Shown here in pieces: positions 11,985 to 24,429 of a stretch of DNA of 64,000 nt. Every line of letters starts with the position of its first letter. Position 1 is the stretch's first letter. This stretch comes from Octopus sinensis (Eukaryota). A program made the translations under genes and the position numbers. Location of the stretch: NCBI RefSeq assembly GCF_006345805.1, contig NC_043019.1:23683360-23747359 (forward strand), written 5' to 3'. The notes below the pieces were generated by a model. That model saw nothing but the letters and a program-made list of their open reading frames with translations. It did no database searches and had not been told where the DNA came from.

Positions 11985-12340
11985 TAATATTTCGTTTTTG
12001 GATTTGGTTTGCAAGATTCTTTATATGAGTTCGTGTGTTGAAGCATATTCTGTTGTGTCTGGGGAGAGTCATTTTCTTTTTGTACCTTATTATTTAACAC
12101 ACTCACCGGTAAAGTGGAAATTTTACCGGTGAGTGTGTTAAATAATAAGGCACAAAAAGAAAATGACTCTCCCCAGACACAACACAGTATGTGTTTTAAA
12201 TTTTAGTGAAATCTTTGGGTGGAATATTTGAAGAGGCGGCCTGCAAACTTAGAGCTTTGGAGTCAACAAATCAAAAACTCGTCCTGAAGAGAGGGTACTG
12301 GCAGTAAATATATTTAATCTCGATCTGATCTTGGTTTTGG
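11985..12340. repeat. probable PLE-derived repeat containing a 63-bp-arm palindrome (12051-12184)
   Basis: Arms 12051-12113 and 12122-12184 are complementary with 1 mismatch and an 8-nt loop. PLE origin is inferred. Confidence 0.6.
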
Positions 12341-13367
12341 GGGCTTATAATGGCTTTCGGAAATATGGAGATCTTTTTACCGTTTGCCTCTTGTGATTTT
12401 ATTGTTATTGTTCCTGTATTCGACAGAGTATTCAACAAAATGTATGGGTCTGTTTATATTTCAATAAATTTTGATCAGATTCGCTCCTTTTCTTTTTTAA
12501 TTTTTTTTTTTTTTGAAGTTGCGATGTATGTTGAAGAAATTCACGAAATTCATGAAACTGTATTGGAAATATTTGACGAAAAAAAGCATTGATGATTGAA
12601 ATAATTGTTTCTAATTCATGTACAAGGTAAGCAGGGGTTAAATGAAGAGGTTAAGTCGAAACTATCGATCTCAGGTCTTGATTGGTACTTGATTTGATCG
12701 AACCCGCAAAAATGAAAATACAATGTGGACGTCGATGTCATTTGAAATCACAATGTAAGGAACCGGACAAAATATCTGCCAGCGATCGAGAGTTTAGCGG
12801 TTCATATCCAGTCACAGCCAGTGCGTCGTAAACATGGTCATGAATTGGCTACAAAACGAACAACAACAACCCGTAGACGTAGGACTAACAAACGGGTAGT
12901 GGGCGTGACGTTGAGGATCGTGTTGGTTGATGACCACCACCCAGGAAATGCTCGGCTGATATGTTCATATTTATCTATTACTTCAATAACAACCAACAAC
13001 AATAGGCAAATCTCAGCAAAATAAACAAAATGTAAACTGACCATTCTATTTCTCCACATTCCACATGTACACAGACATGCATTCTTAAAAAGAATCTAAC
13101 TCCACTCAGCCGTGACCCTATCTGACAGTGTCACAATAGCTTACACCACCACCGCCACCACCACCAACAATGACACCACAGTCGCCATAACTATTACATC
13201 TGACTCCACCACCGACTTCGTCACAAACATCATCATCACCACCACCACCACCACACCATCCGCACTATTCGACTTTTATGCTAACCATAGGAACTGTTCG
13301 TTGTGGTGCAGTGGTAGAGGTAGGGGTACCGAGGAAGTGGGTGTCTCTAACCAATCGCCCTTCTCAG

Positions 13368-13389
13368 ATTACGCACACCTTACAGTCAG
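13368..13389 (+). CDS. candidate 22-nt micro-exon (phase 2 to 0: LRTPYSQ)
   Basis: Branch-like CTAAC, then CGCCCTTCTCAG| acceptor and CAG|GTGAGA donor. Phase-compatible with 13973-14036. Confidence 0.4.
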
Positions 13390-13695
13390 GTGAGAGAGGA
13401 AGGGAGGAGAAGTTCGCACCTGTTCAAGTAACAAGTTGACTTACTCGACTGCTTTACTAGTACACATTCATTCTCACATATAAACGAGCCCAAAAAATAT
13501 AAATACCTATTATAACTTTATAAAGTGAACAGAGCAAGTCTTTAATCGATCTCATCCCAAAAAGTAACACTTTACTTCCCATTATGTAAGACTTTCTTAT
13601 ACCGGAGCATAAACATATCACACAGATAACACACTCTGCCGCTTGTCAAGTGTTGCGGCGTTAGTAAAGACATATAGTAACACACATACAATTCA

Positions 13696-13726
<31 letters not shown>

Positions 13727-13972
13727 TTTGCATACTTTATATATAAATATATATAAAGTTTGTAAAAGGAGATACGTAAGACAGAAAGACCTAGATAACA
13801 AAAAAAGTTAAATAAGTTAAAAGAAAACACCGTCGTTTTGTAAGGTGGAGAGAGTGAAAGAAGGACGAGTTGAACAGTACTTATAACAACAAAAACAAAG
13901 CATTAACTACACAATTAAGGAAGTCGAAATATTTTTTTTAAAAAAGAGGGGATATCTATACACTCAACGCAG

Positions 13973-14036
13973 GTAATTAAGATATACAAAGAGCAACTGG
14001 ATTACCACTTTACAACATATTTCTACAATGTCGAAG
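13973..14036 (+). CDS. candidate 64-nt exon (VIKIYKEQLDYHFTTYFYNVE, phase 0 to 1)
   Basis: Strong donor AAG|GTAAGT and only one open frame. Acceptor CAACGCAG| has a poor pyrimidine tract. Confidence 0.4.
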
Positions 14037-14149
14037 GTAAGTGTTTACTTTATTGTCAGAGTTTTACACACACACACACACACACAGACACACACACAAT
14101 TATATTACCGTCAATTCATATCTGCTTGTTTCATGCTGCTATGGATTAG

Positions 14150-14724
14150 GCATGCAAGCACGCCGGGCGAAATACTTTGTGGGTATTTCGTCTGTCTTTA
14201 CGTTCTGAGTTCAAATTCCGCCGAGGTCGACTTTGCCTTTCATCCTTTCGGAGTCGATAAATTAAGTACCAGTTACGCACTGGGGTCGATGTAATCTACT
14301 TAATACCTATGTCTGTCCTTGTTTGTCCCCTCTGCGTTTAGCTCCTTGTGGGTAATAAAGAAATAGGTATTTCGTCTGTCTTTACGTTCTGAGTTCAAAT
14401 TTTGCCGAGGTCGACTTTGCCTTTCATCCTTTCGGGGTCAATAAATTAAGTACCAGTTACGCACTGGGGTCGATGTAATCGACTTAATACCTATGTCTGT
14501 CCTTGTTTGTCCCCTCTGTCTTTAGCCCTCCTTGTGGGTAATAAAGAAATAGGTATTTCGTCTGTCTTTTGAGTTCTGAGTTCAAAATTGCCTGAGGTTT
14601 ATTCTTGCGCCGCTCATCCTTTCGGGGTCAATAAATTAAGTACCAGTTACGCACTGGGGTCGATCTAATCGATTGGGTCCCCTCCCCCAAAATTTCGGGC
14701 TTTGTGCCTAAAGTAAAAAAGGAT
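14150..14724 (+). mobile_element. head-to-tail trimer of SINE family B
   Basis: GGTATTTCGTCTG recurs at 14182, 14366 and 14552 (period 184-186 bp). Confidence 0.9.
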
Positions 14725-14835
14725 ACACACACACACACACACACACCACACACACACACACACATGGTACTTGCGTGTCGGTGATAAAGGTATTCTTATT
14801 TACGTTGTTCTATATAATTATAATAGCGTATTGCG

Positions 14836-14881
<46 letters not shown>

Positions 14882-14966
14882 CCCCATATATTTTAATTAA
14901 TATAATATCTATTTATTAACACACATCGCATTATATATACATACATACTACATATATATATATATA

Positions 14967-15014
<48 letters not shown>

Positions 15015-15851
15015 TATATATATATTATATATATATATATTATATATATATATACACACACACACATATACATATATACATACACGCACGCATATATGTG
15101 TGCATATCATACACACACACACACAATACTGATGTAATCAGAGGTCTTAAAGTAACAAATTTTTGCAGTGGAACTCGAAGTAAATAAAGGTATAAATAAA
15201 AACGTATAAAATTTCAGTGAAGAAAAAAAAAAACAAAACAAAAAAAACTGGAGGCTATCTTGAACTTTTCTTTTTATCCAAGTTTTTTTCTTTTTCTTTT
15301 TTTGTTAAAATCCAATACGCGCTTTTCTTACATGTAGCGTTGTCCGACTGCAAAAAAAGTCTACTCTCGATTCTTCTAATGTAAACGCTAGAAATTCTAG
15401 TTTCAGCTGTGCTATTAAATCTTTGAAAACTAAATTCTTTCTGTAAGCATAAGACTCACAAGACGAATACAGAAATGAACGAAAACTCTTTTACGTATCT
15501 CTTACACTAAGATCATCCATCTTCTCCAAAAGCCTGTGAGATGCTGGGGTCAAAACTTGAATCTTTTTTTCGGCCCGAAATGTGTGTGAACTTGCACAGT
15601 ATGGACGGGGATACAGTTATGTTGTCTTATTATGCTAATATGAATTATTTATGCGCGCTTCTATTATGAATGTCAATTCATGATATGAAACTATGAACGT
15701 CTGTACGATTATGTGTCTATTTGTATAGGCTTATATAACTATATAAGCCTACCGGCGGTAAGAGGAAGTAGGGATGTATGTGGTCGAGCATTATCCACGT
15801 GTGTGTGTGCCTGCGCGTGTGTGTATATCTATCTATCTATCTATCTATCTA

Positions 15852-15895
<44 letters not shown>

Positions 15896-16149
15896 TCTAT
15901 CTGCCTGCCTGCCTGTCTGTCTGTCTGTCTGTCTGTCTACCTATCTATCTATCCATCTATCTATCTATCTATTTATCTATCTCACTCTGTGTGTATGTCT
16001 CTCTCTCTCTCTCTCCTCTCTCTCCCTCTCTCTCTCTGTGAAAGTGAGTGGAGATAGTGGGTAGGACGTTGTACTCACGATCGCAAAATCGTGGTTTTTA
16101 TCCTCAAACCGGAAACACATTTTGTCGACATCAAACACACTAAAATATT

Positions 16150-16401
16150 TTTTATTCGTAGAAAAACATAGAAATACATAAAAACTTGATGTCTTCAAAG
16201 TTTTTCAAAGCAACTCATTGTAATTTTAAAATTATCTGAACAATTACACTTCGAATGAAATATAATTTTCTTTTGTTTTTTAATCAACATCTGTGTGTTA
16301 TGCTTAACATTCATCTTCAATCCCGTCTTGCCTATATTTGCGTTTCTTAGTACAATGTAGATTTTCATTCTATTGCTTATCTTTATTGATGTTTGTTCCA
16401 T
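16150..16401 (-). mobile_element. possible Penelope-like GIY-YIG endonuclease remnant
   Basis: KIYIVLRNANIGKTGLKMNVKH...SKCNCSDNFKI resembles the IY...YIGKTG...H...C..FKI pattern; decayed. Confidence 0.45.
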
Positions 16402-16510
16402 ATCGCCTACAACCCAGAATAAACGTTTCTTTTAACGTCCTCCTACATCGTATCAATAATACTGAATTCTAAAATTGTCACACATTCACAGACGCAAGTG
16501 GAGCATAACC

Positions 16511-16739
16511 TATTTCTTTATTACCCACAAGGGGCTAAACACAGAGGGGACAAACAAGGACAGACATAGGTATTAAGTCGATTACATCGACCCCAGTGCG
16601 TAACTGGTACTTAATTTATCGACCCCGAAAGGATGAAAGGCAAAGTCGACCTCGGCGGAATTTGAACTCACAACGTAACGCAGACGAAATACCGCTAAGC
16701 ATTTCGCCCGGCGTGCTAACGTTTCTGCCAGCTCGTCGC
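16511..16739 (-). mobile_element. SINE family B, full length
   Basis: Similarity to the other B copies. Confidence 0.92.
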
Positions 16740-17241
16740 TTCGATATATCCGGTTCGATCTATCCAATAATTTTACTAGTATTTTATCGATCCACAAAGG
16801 ATGGGAACAGGTTTCATCATAGAAGATAATGAAAAGTAACTGACCACAGCAACTTTAATCGTAGCGACTAATGAGAACTAACCACGGTAAGGTTTAATCG
16901 ATGAAGATGCTGAGAGACAAATGATCACAATAAGGTTGAATCGTAGGTGTATTGAGTGCAAACTGACAACAACAGGTTTAATAACAGAAGATCGGAAACT
17001 GATTGCCGTAGGTAGTTTTATTACGCATCTTACGAGTTCATTGTTACATCGTGTAAAAATATTTTTCTAACCTAGGCGGGTGACCAGATAACACAATGGA
17101 CTCTAATACTTGATTGAGACGAGAGCAGTCAACCTCACTTAATTATTTGTTGAGATCGTTTTGAAGACAGCATGCAAGAATGTGATGTTAATGTTTATAT
17201 TTTATGATTACCGCAAATTTCCTTAACTTGACATAAAGATA

Positions 17242-18540
17242 TTGGATCGTCCCATAAATAATGTGGGCTTTATATTATACTTCTTTTATTTCTCAAAATT
17301 AAGATAAACAAAGTTCTTTTTTAATCTAAAATATACTCTCCTTCGTTTTCTACAATGCTCTTCAATCTGTCTGGCAGACTCGCTAGGCCCTTCTTCCATA
17401 ATTCTCTTGTCCGTGACGAAAAATACTCCTCCAGTACTCTTCTGACCTTGAAGAGTGCTGAATAAATGATAATCAGATGGGGCAATGCCCAGCGAATATG
17501 ATGGGTAGGGTATCGTTTCCTATTCAAACTGCTCCAGCCTTTGGAATGTCATCCTTGATGTATGTGGCCGAGCATTATCCTCACGGAAGAAGACCTTTTA
17601 TCTTGAAATCAAAGATGGTCGTTTTTCTTCTAGCGCTGACTTAAGCCGCTCAAGCTGCTTGCAGTAGATCCCCTTTGTTATCGCTTGGTTTAGGTTTAAA
17701 AGTTCAAAGTGGATTAAATCTTTCATATCCCACCAAACAGATAACAATACCTTACGTGGGTGAAGACCTTCTTTACCCTGGTGTGCCGGTGTTTCTCCTT
17801 TCCCCATCGACCGTCTTCGACGCTTAACAGTTTTGTAGAGAACCCACCAGTCACTATTCGGTAAAAAAAGTTCATTGGTGAGACGTGACAGCAAAGAAGC
17901 GCACACATTCACTCTCTGCGCGCGATTAGACTCAGAAAGTTTGTGAGGAATCCATTGATCCAATTTCCTGACTTTTCCGATGGCACGCAGGTGTCAATGA
18001 ATGGTTGACCGACCACATCAAAGCTTCTCTGCTAGTTCCTCAACAGTTACGATGGGATTTTGTTCCACCAGGGTTTGCAGGACTTCCTCGTCGAGCTCTG
18101 CACATCTTCCCGGACGAGGCTCCTTTTCTTGGCTGTAGTTTCCAGCTCGGAATTTTTGGAACCATCTTCCCGGACGAGGCTCCTCTTCTTGGCTGTAGTT
18201 TCCGGTTCGGAATTTTTGGAACCATCGTTGACACTGGCTTACGCTTATTATCCGATCCCCATATATTGCATTAATATTCCTCGCACTTTCCGTTGCATTG
18301 TTGCCTTTATTGAACTCATAAAGCAAAATATGCCGAATATACTCCTTTGGCACTTCCATTTTATCTTTGAAAAACTAACTGTTAAAATCGAACTGCACTC
18401 TTCAAAACTTGCACTAAGAATAACTGCAAGGTAAAATTACTACTTGCTTTTATAGCAAGTTGATGCAGCTAGTTTATCCCGTCCCCCTCCGACTTTTAGT
18501 TCGGACATTGAAAAAACTGCATTATTTAGGGATGACCCAA
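17242..18540 (-). mobile_element. mariner DNA transposon with TIRs and TA target duplication; transposase pseudogene
   Basis: TA|TTGGATCGTCCCATAAATAATG at the left and CATTATTTAGGGATGACCCAA|TA at the right. ORF pieces MEVPKEYIRHILLYEF...WFQKFRTGN..EEPRPGR, QWIPHKL, KVLLSVWWDMK and LPDRLKSIVENEGEYILD* are mariner motifs. Confidence 0.93.
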
Positions 18541-19759
18541 TAAATTTCGATTTATACTGAATCAATTTTTATATCTTTGCACCACTTAAAAACATAACGA
18601 CAACTAATTCAAATATCACAAGAAAGAATTGATATGGGAACAATCAGTATAAGATTCATTCTTTGAAAAAACTTCTTAAGCCTTTCTGAAAAGTGTCGGA
18701 ATCACTGTTGATCATGAGTAAAACAATGTTTTCTCAGTGCCACCAAATAGAGAGCAAATGGTCAGCTGCCCATCAGAGTTTCTAAATTCATTGGGACATC
18801 CAGGAGCTCAACAGTTTGAATTAAATCATAAAGTAGGACTTGTTCCCATAATTTCTTTGTGTCCTGGATGCACCATGCCTGGTTGTAAAAAATTGCATAC
18901 TCTTTGACCTTACCTAGGTGTTTCGTGTATTTTAATATCGAACAGCATCTCCCAGGTGAGGCAGCCGAAGTTGATCAGAACCTGACTTGAGTACCGGCAG
19001 CAAAATGTCCAAATATCAAAAGCCATCTGATGGCTTTCTACGCAGCTTCACTTACACTAAGAATGCTTTTTTCTCCTTTGTTCCATCCGAGAAATCCAAT
19101 CAGTTGAGGACTTTTCAGAGAGTGCATCCCGCAAAGCTTTTAGAGCACACTTCTGTAACATTGTCAATAGGTTTATATATTTTCCAGCCTCTCTTCTAGC
19201 ACTTTCCCATCGGTTCCTTGTGCTGGGCACGTTTGTGACCATTGACGAATCCCACAGTCAGATAGGAAGTACGTGACTGCAATTGGTAAAGACTTTCATG
19301 GACGGCCGTATGTTGGTGGTTCACATGTTTGGAATTAGAACAATAAGTTTATACAGGTTGTATAACAAAACGTGTGTACGCGCACACGGTCGTCTAGACA
19401 CGTTTTTCTCTTAATGCTTGACTATAGTTATTTTTGTGTCTGGTTTCCGTTATTTGTAGTTTTGAATACGGTTTGTGCGTGAGTTTCTCTCTCTCTCTCT
19501 TTCTCTCGTTGTGTGTGTAAGGGAATTTGCTGGCAAGGCGTGTGAATTTCCCTTCTTATTCACATGATATAAAGCTATGAATGAAATTCGACAGTTTTAA
19601 TAGAAAATCTGAGTCTGTTTTCTGTATAGCAATGGAAATCGATGTAATCCAGCCACAGACTCTCTTCGGAGAGAGGAAAACAATATGAAGTTGATCCTTG
19701 GCCGGAGATTTTAGTTGTCATCATCAGTTCTGTCGTCATTAGACGCCATGTTACCTGAG

Positions 19760-20073
19760 CTGTATATGTATATATTGTGTATGTATACGTGTGTGTATAT
19801 ATGTGTGCGCGCGCGCGTGTGCGTGTGAATATATATACGTGTGTGTGTGAATGTGTGAATATGTGTATAAATGTGTGTGGGTGTGAATATCTGTGTGTGC
19901 GTGTGTATATGTGTGGGAATATGTGTGTGAATGTGAGTGTATATATGCATAGATATGTGTAAGTATATATGTGTATGTGTATATGTATATATAAGTGTAT
20001 ATATATATATATATATACATACATGTGTATGAATATGTGTGTCAATATATAAATATATATATATATATACATG

Positions 20074-20114
<41 letters not shown>

Positions 20115-20225
20115 AATGTATGTATATGTGTATATCTATGAATATATGTATGAATATATATATCTATACATCCATCCATCCATACATACATACATACATA
20201 CATACATACATACATACATACATAC
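19760..20225. repeat. compound GT/TA/TACA microsatellite
   Basis: Directly visible. Confidence 0.9.
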
Positions 20226-20503
20226 TAATGACTGAAACAAATGGCGGTGCTCCAGCATGGCCGCTGTCAAATGACTGAAACAAGTAAAAGAGTATACATA
20301 CATGTATATAATCACAACAGACACGCGTACGTTACGAAATACCAGACACAATATAAACACAAAACCACTGAGATGCGTAATTGTCGAACAAAGCAACAAG
20401 CAGCAGCAGCAGCAGCAGTTGCTGGGCTGACAGGTTCAACCTTATCAAAGAGACCAATTCATTCTAAGCCGCTAGGATTTCCCGTCATATTATTCCCCTA
20501 CAT

Positions 20504-20721
20504 GGTGTGGAGCTGGCAGCAACGTTAGCACACCGGGCGAAATGCGTAGCCGTATTTTATCTGCCGCTACGTACTGAGTTCAAATTCCGCCGAGGTCGAC
20601 TTTCGGGGGTCGATTAAATCAGTACCAGTTACGCACTGGGGTCGATGTAATCGACTTAATCCGTTTGTCTGTCCTTGTTTGTCCCCTCTGTGTTTAGCCC
20701 CCTGTGGGTAGTAAAGAAATA
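20504..20721 (+). mobile_element. SINE family B with internal deletion
   Basis: Similarity to the other B copies. Confidence 0.88.
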
Positions 20722-21104
20722 TATTTATATATATATATCACACCCTGTTGTACTAATTTAGTTGTTTAGTTAGTTTTGTCTAACCCCAGGTCAGCCTTGA
20801 TCGAACGGATCTATAATCAAAGGCATTCCAGTATTGACTACCACACCCCGCTTTTCTATGTGCGGGGAAATCCAGAACGACGTAACCGCTGTCACTCCCG
20901 CCGCCGCCACACTCCCACACACGTCCACATGCTTAGAAGAACGTTCTGAGACACCCACGCAGTCAAACTGTCTCTTCCCTAAACGAACAAACCACTCTTA
21001 GAAACATATTAAAAACAAACACTTTACAGATTTAATACAAACAATTAAGGAACCAGATAAGACACACTCACGCGTACACACACGTCTGTCTCTTGTCGCT
21101 TCTC

Positions 21105-21205
21105 TGCCAAGTGACGTGATTGCGCCGACATGAAAGAAACGACCAGCTCGTAGAAACAACATCGACAAGAATTAGGCGGAAGTGACGTTGTATGACGTCA
21201 TCGTT
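21105..21205. promoter_or_regulatory. CpG-rich promoter-like cluster (ETS-CRE composite and palindromic CRE)
   Basis: GCGGAAGTGACGT at 21176-21188, TGACGTCA at 21193-21200, GTGACGTG at 21111-21118. Confidence 0.5.
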
Positions 21206-21296
21206 GGTGATTTGACAGTCGGGTTGTGACCACCACCACCACCCACGTTTATCACCTGTTGATAACCAGATAGCAAACGACTTCTACGTGACAGCT

Positions 21297-21695
21297 TGAC
21301 CTGCTAGAAACAACAACCAAAATCTCTCTTGAACCACGCACCATTGTCTGGGAAGACATTTTAGATAGCGAACGTAGTCCTGGATTCTTTGGATATAGGA
21401 AAAATAGACGTGATTGTCACGGTTGGAATACCTTTGTGTAGGAGTCTGCTCTATCAATGTTGACCTGAGGTTAAACAACTACGACGAGAACAATAGTTTA
21501 CATCAGTTGAGTGTGGCGGTCGCTTATTTTGCTAGAAATAGCAACAAAAATCTCCCTCAAATCACACCTTACTAAGGAATAGCACATTGGACTAACCCTA
21601 GTCACGGCAACAGAAAAAGCTGGGATGGTCACGGCTGGAACGTTTCAGACCACAGACCTGTTTACTGAGGTTCAACTAATATTTTCTTACTTACT
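21297..21695 (+). mobile_element. two degenerate copies of an older SINE-like family D
   Basis: GACCTGCTAGAAA(C/T)A(A/G)CA(A/G)C.AAA.TCTC.CT...GGTCACGG(T/C)TGGAA recurs in tandem. Related pieces at about 20770-20830, 28670-28860 and 59340-59455. Confidence 0.6.
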
Positions 21696-21714
21696 TACTT
21701 ACCTCACCCTCCTC

Positions 21715-21743
21715 CTCCTCCACCTACTACTACTACTACCACC

Positions 21744-21774
<31 letters not shown>

Positions 21775-21908
21775 TAACCACCACCACCACTACTACTGCT
21801 ACCACCACCACCACCACCACTACTACTGCTACCACCACCACCACCACTACTACTACTACTGCTACCACCACCACCACCACCACCACCACCACTACTACTG
21901 CTACCACC

Positions 21909-21948
<40 letters not shown>
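21715..21948. repeat. (CTA/CCA)n microsatellite
   Basis: Directly visible. Confidence 0.95.
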
Positions 21949-22586
21949 AGAAATTGTTGAAAGAGCAAAAGTATATATATATATCGTGTTCATCCGATTA
22001 CTGGAGCTGAACTCTTTAGAAATTGTGATCACAGAGGGTGTCCAACTCAGAAAGTTAAGTGACCCCAATAAGTTGGCCTTGATAAGATACGAATCGCTAA
22101 ACCGCGGAATGCAATAAACAACAGCCAACCCATTTGTTTTAATCTAATCTAACTTGTAACTGTCGATTTCCAATACGTCTAAAGAAGGCGGAGCGCTTAA
22201 ATGCTGAAGTAAGGCGAAACTTTGCTAACCGCAATGTCACGCTGGAAGGTTTACGTTTAGGTCACAATTGTAAGGAGAATGCACATATGTAGATCAAATG
22301 AACGGAGAGCTCACGAGTATACAAGAAAGGTGTAAAATCTTGTTTAGCTGTCGCTCACTGGCGCGTATGCCCTGTTAGCTTGAGCCTCGTTTTCGCTCGT
22401 TGTTTCGATGTCTTTCTTATCGCAAGCTGACATATACACTCGCTCTTGGTCCTCCCGCTCTTGACCTCGCAGAAAAACATCGAAGATGTGACAGTTGGAA
22501 AGAGAAAGGGATGCACTAATACTAAATTGGTACTCGTTTACAGCCGAGTAGAATTGGTCGCACAGCCGAGAAATCAAACAAACGTC

Positions 22587-23030
22587 GGATCTTTTTGGTT
22601 TGAACGGCAGTTTTTTAAAATACTTTCCACGTAACTAAACACTTTTAAACTTCGTATACTGGTAGAATGTATTTATAAAACATCTTTTTCTCTTGGCTTT
22701 ATTGAGAAAATTCTATAGTTTGTAAGATGTTTGTTGTTTTTTTCTTCAATTTCTGCAATTTCAACCAATCAATGACGTCTATTGGAGGTGAAAACATTCT
22801 GTGCCGTATGAATATGTCCGTCGTTTAAGAAAACAGATTGGGTTTATTTACATTTCTGAAGAAAAAAATATACTCTTCTCCCCAACCCTAACCCCAACCC
22901 TAACTAACCCAAACTAGCCCTAACCCTAAACCAGATTGAAATGCAATAGATCGATAATAGGGTCATAATTATGGGTGACAATTTCATATGACACCACTAG
23001 AAAAAACTGCCGTTCAAACCGAAAATATCC
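22587..23030. mobile_element. MITE with 30-bp TIRs, 8-bp TSD and internal CCCTAA-like repeats
   Basis: GGATCTTTTTGGTTTGAACGGCAGTTTTTT at 22587-22616 and AAAAAACTGCCGTTCAAACCGAAAATATCC at 23001-23030. Flanks CAAACGTC and AAAACGTC (7/8 match). Confidence 0.85.
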
Positions 23031-23368
23031 AAAACGTCTGTATGATCGCAAACCCATGCAAAGAAAATTATTTCTCATAGATTATAATGTATCGACAATA
23101 ATTACTTATTATATTTAATTCGGTCAGAGTCGATAAAATAAACACCAGTCGTATACTAGGGTCGATGTAACCAATTTTAACCGATGCAAACCAATTTTAA
23201 CCGATGTAAACGATTTTCCTGAGCTGTGATCACCCTCATGGTCTGCACTAATTACTAGTCAGTGACTCTCTCCCCAGGAGTCGATCCTATGGTATTCCTT
23301 CCCGCATGGTTTTCTGGAGGTCAGTGACTAACAACTGCCGAAGAGGAACATTAAAAACGACGATATCA

Positions 23369-23599
23369 GGCGGCGAGCTGGCAGAAACGTTAGCACGCCG
23401 GGCGAAATGTGCAGCCGTATTTCGTCTGCCGTTACGTTCTGAGTTCAAATTCCGCCGAGGTCGACTTTGCCTTTCATCCTTTCGGGGTCGATTAAACAAG
23501 TACCAGTTACGCACTGGAGTCGACATAATCGACTTAATCCGTTTGTCTGTCCTTGTTTGTCCTCTCCGTGTTTAGCCCCTTGTGGGTAGTAAAGAAATA
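23369..23599 (+). mobile_element. SINE family B, full length
   Basis: Starts GGCGGCGAGCTGGCAGAAACG; ends GTGGGTAGTAAAGAAATA. Confidence 0.92.
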
Positions 23600-23974
23600 G
23601 ATACCAGCTGTCCAGCTATCTGCAAACAATCAGCTGGTCCTTTTCCTTAATGTCATGTCAACTTAACGATTATCTCCCTTGCTCATATAAAGCTTGCTTT
23701 TAATTGTCATTTAGTAATCATGACGCATCCTCCCGAGACGGAGATGATTTTAATAAATCAAGAATTAACGTTGTATGGTATTTGATAGACCTGTATTTAT
23801 CTGTTATTCAAACACATACCAGTGACCACTGGCCACTGAGTTATTATTCTAAGCTTATTTTTATTTAAGTTAAATGAACGTATTTCGTGGACAGACATGC
23901 TTTTAAGATGACCTCACCTTCACAATGGTTCAAATGACTCCAGGTTCAAATCCCTATACCATATCACATAATCA

Positions 23975-23977
<3 letters not shown>

Positions 23978-24008
<31 letters not shown>

Positions 24009-24085
24009 GTTGCTACCTACACTACCACTCTCCAAACCACTACACCATCATTTTCACCGCTACCACAACACAGCACTTACACTAT

Positions 24086-24146
<61 letters not shown>

Positions 24147-24223
24147 GTTGCTACCGACACTACCACTCTCCAAACCACTACACCATCATTTTCACCGCTA
24201 CCACAACACAGCACTTACACTAT

Positions 24224-24279
<56 letters not shown>

Positions 24280-24289
24280 CTACTACTAC
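23978..24289. repeat. 138-bp-period tandem duplication embedded in (ACT)n
   Basis: GTTGCTACC.ACACTACCACTCTCC...CACTATT occurs at 24009 and 24147. Confidence 0.9.
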
Positions 24290-24429
24290 GTAACCACTCC
24301 CTCCCCCCGCACTCGTCACCCCATCCTCCTCACAACTTCTCAAGTCAAACTATGACCCAATTGTAGCTTTGTTCAGATTTTCATTGAATTCTTGTCAGGT
24401 AAGACTGACCTGTGTAATTTGCGTGGGGT

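Noticed and set aside
12838-13059. GC-richer segment with open frames on both strands as an exon
   Set aside because: No convincing splice-site pair or recognisable peptide.
18700-19330. Possible Tc1-like transposase relic (KKLWEQVL...)
   Set aside because: Similarity too weak to support by eye.
22344-22577. 77-aa minus ORF in CpG-rich DNA
   Set aside because: The only good acceptor-like site is GAG, and no homolog is recognised; left unexplained.
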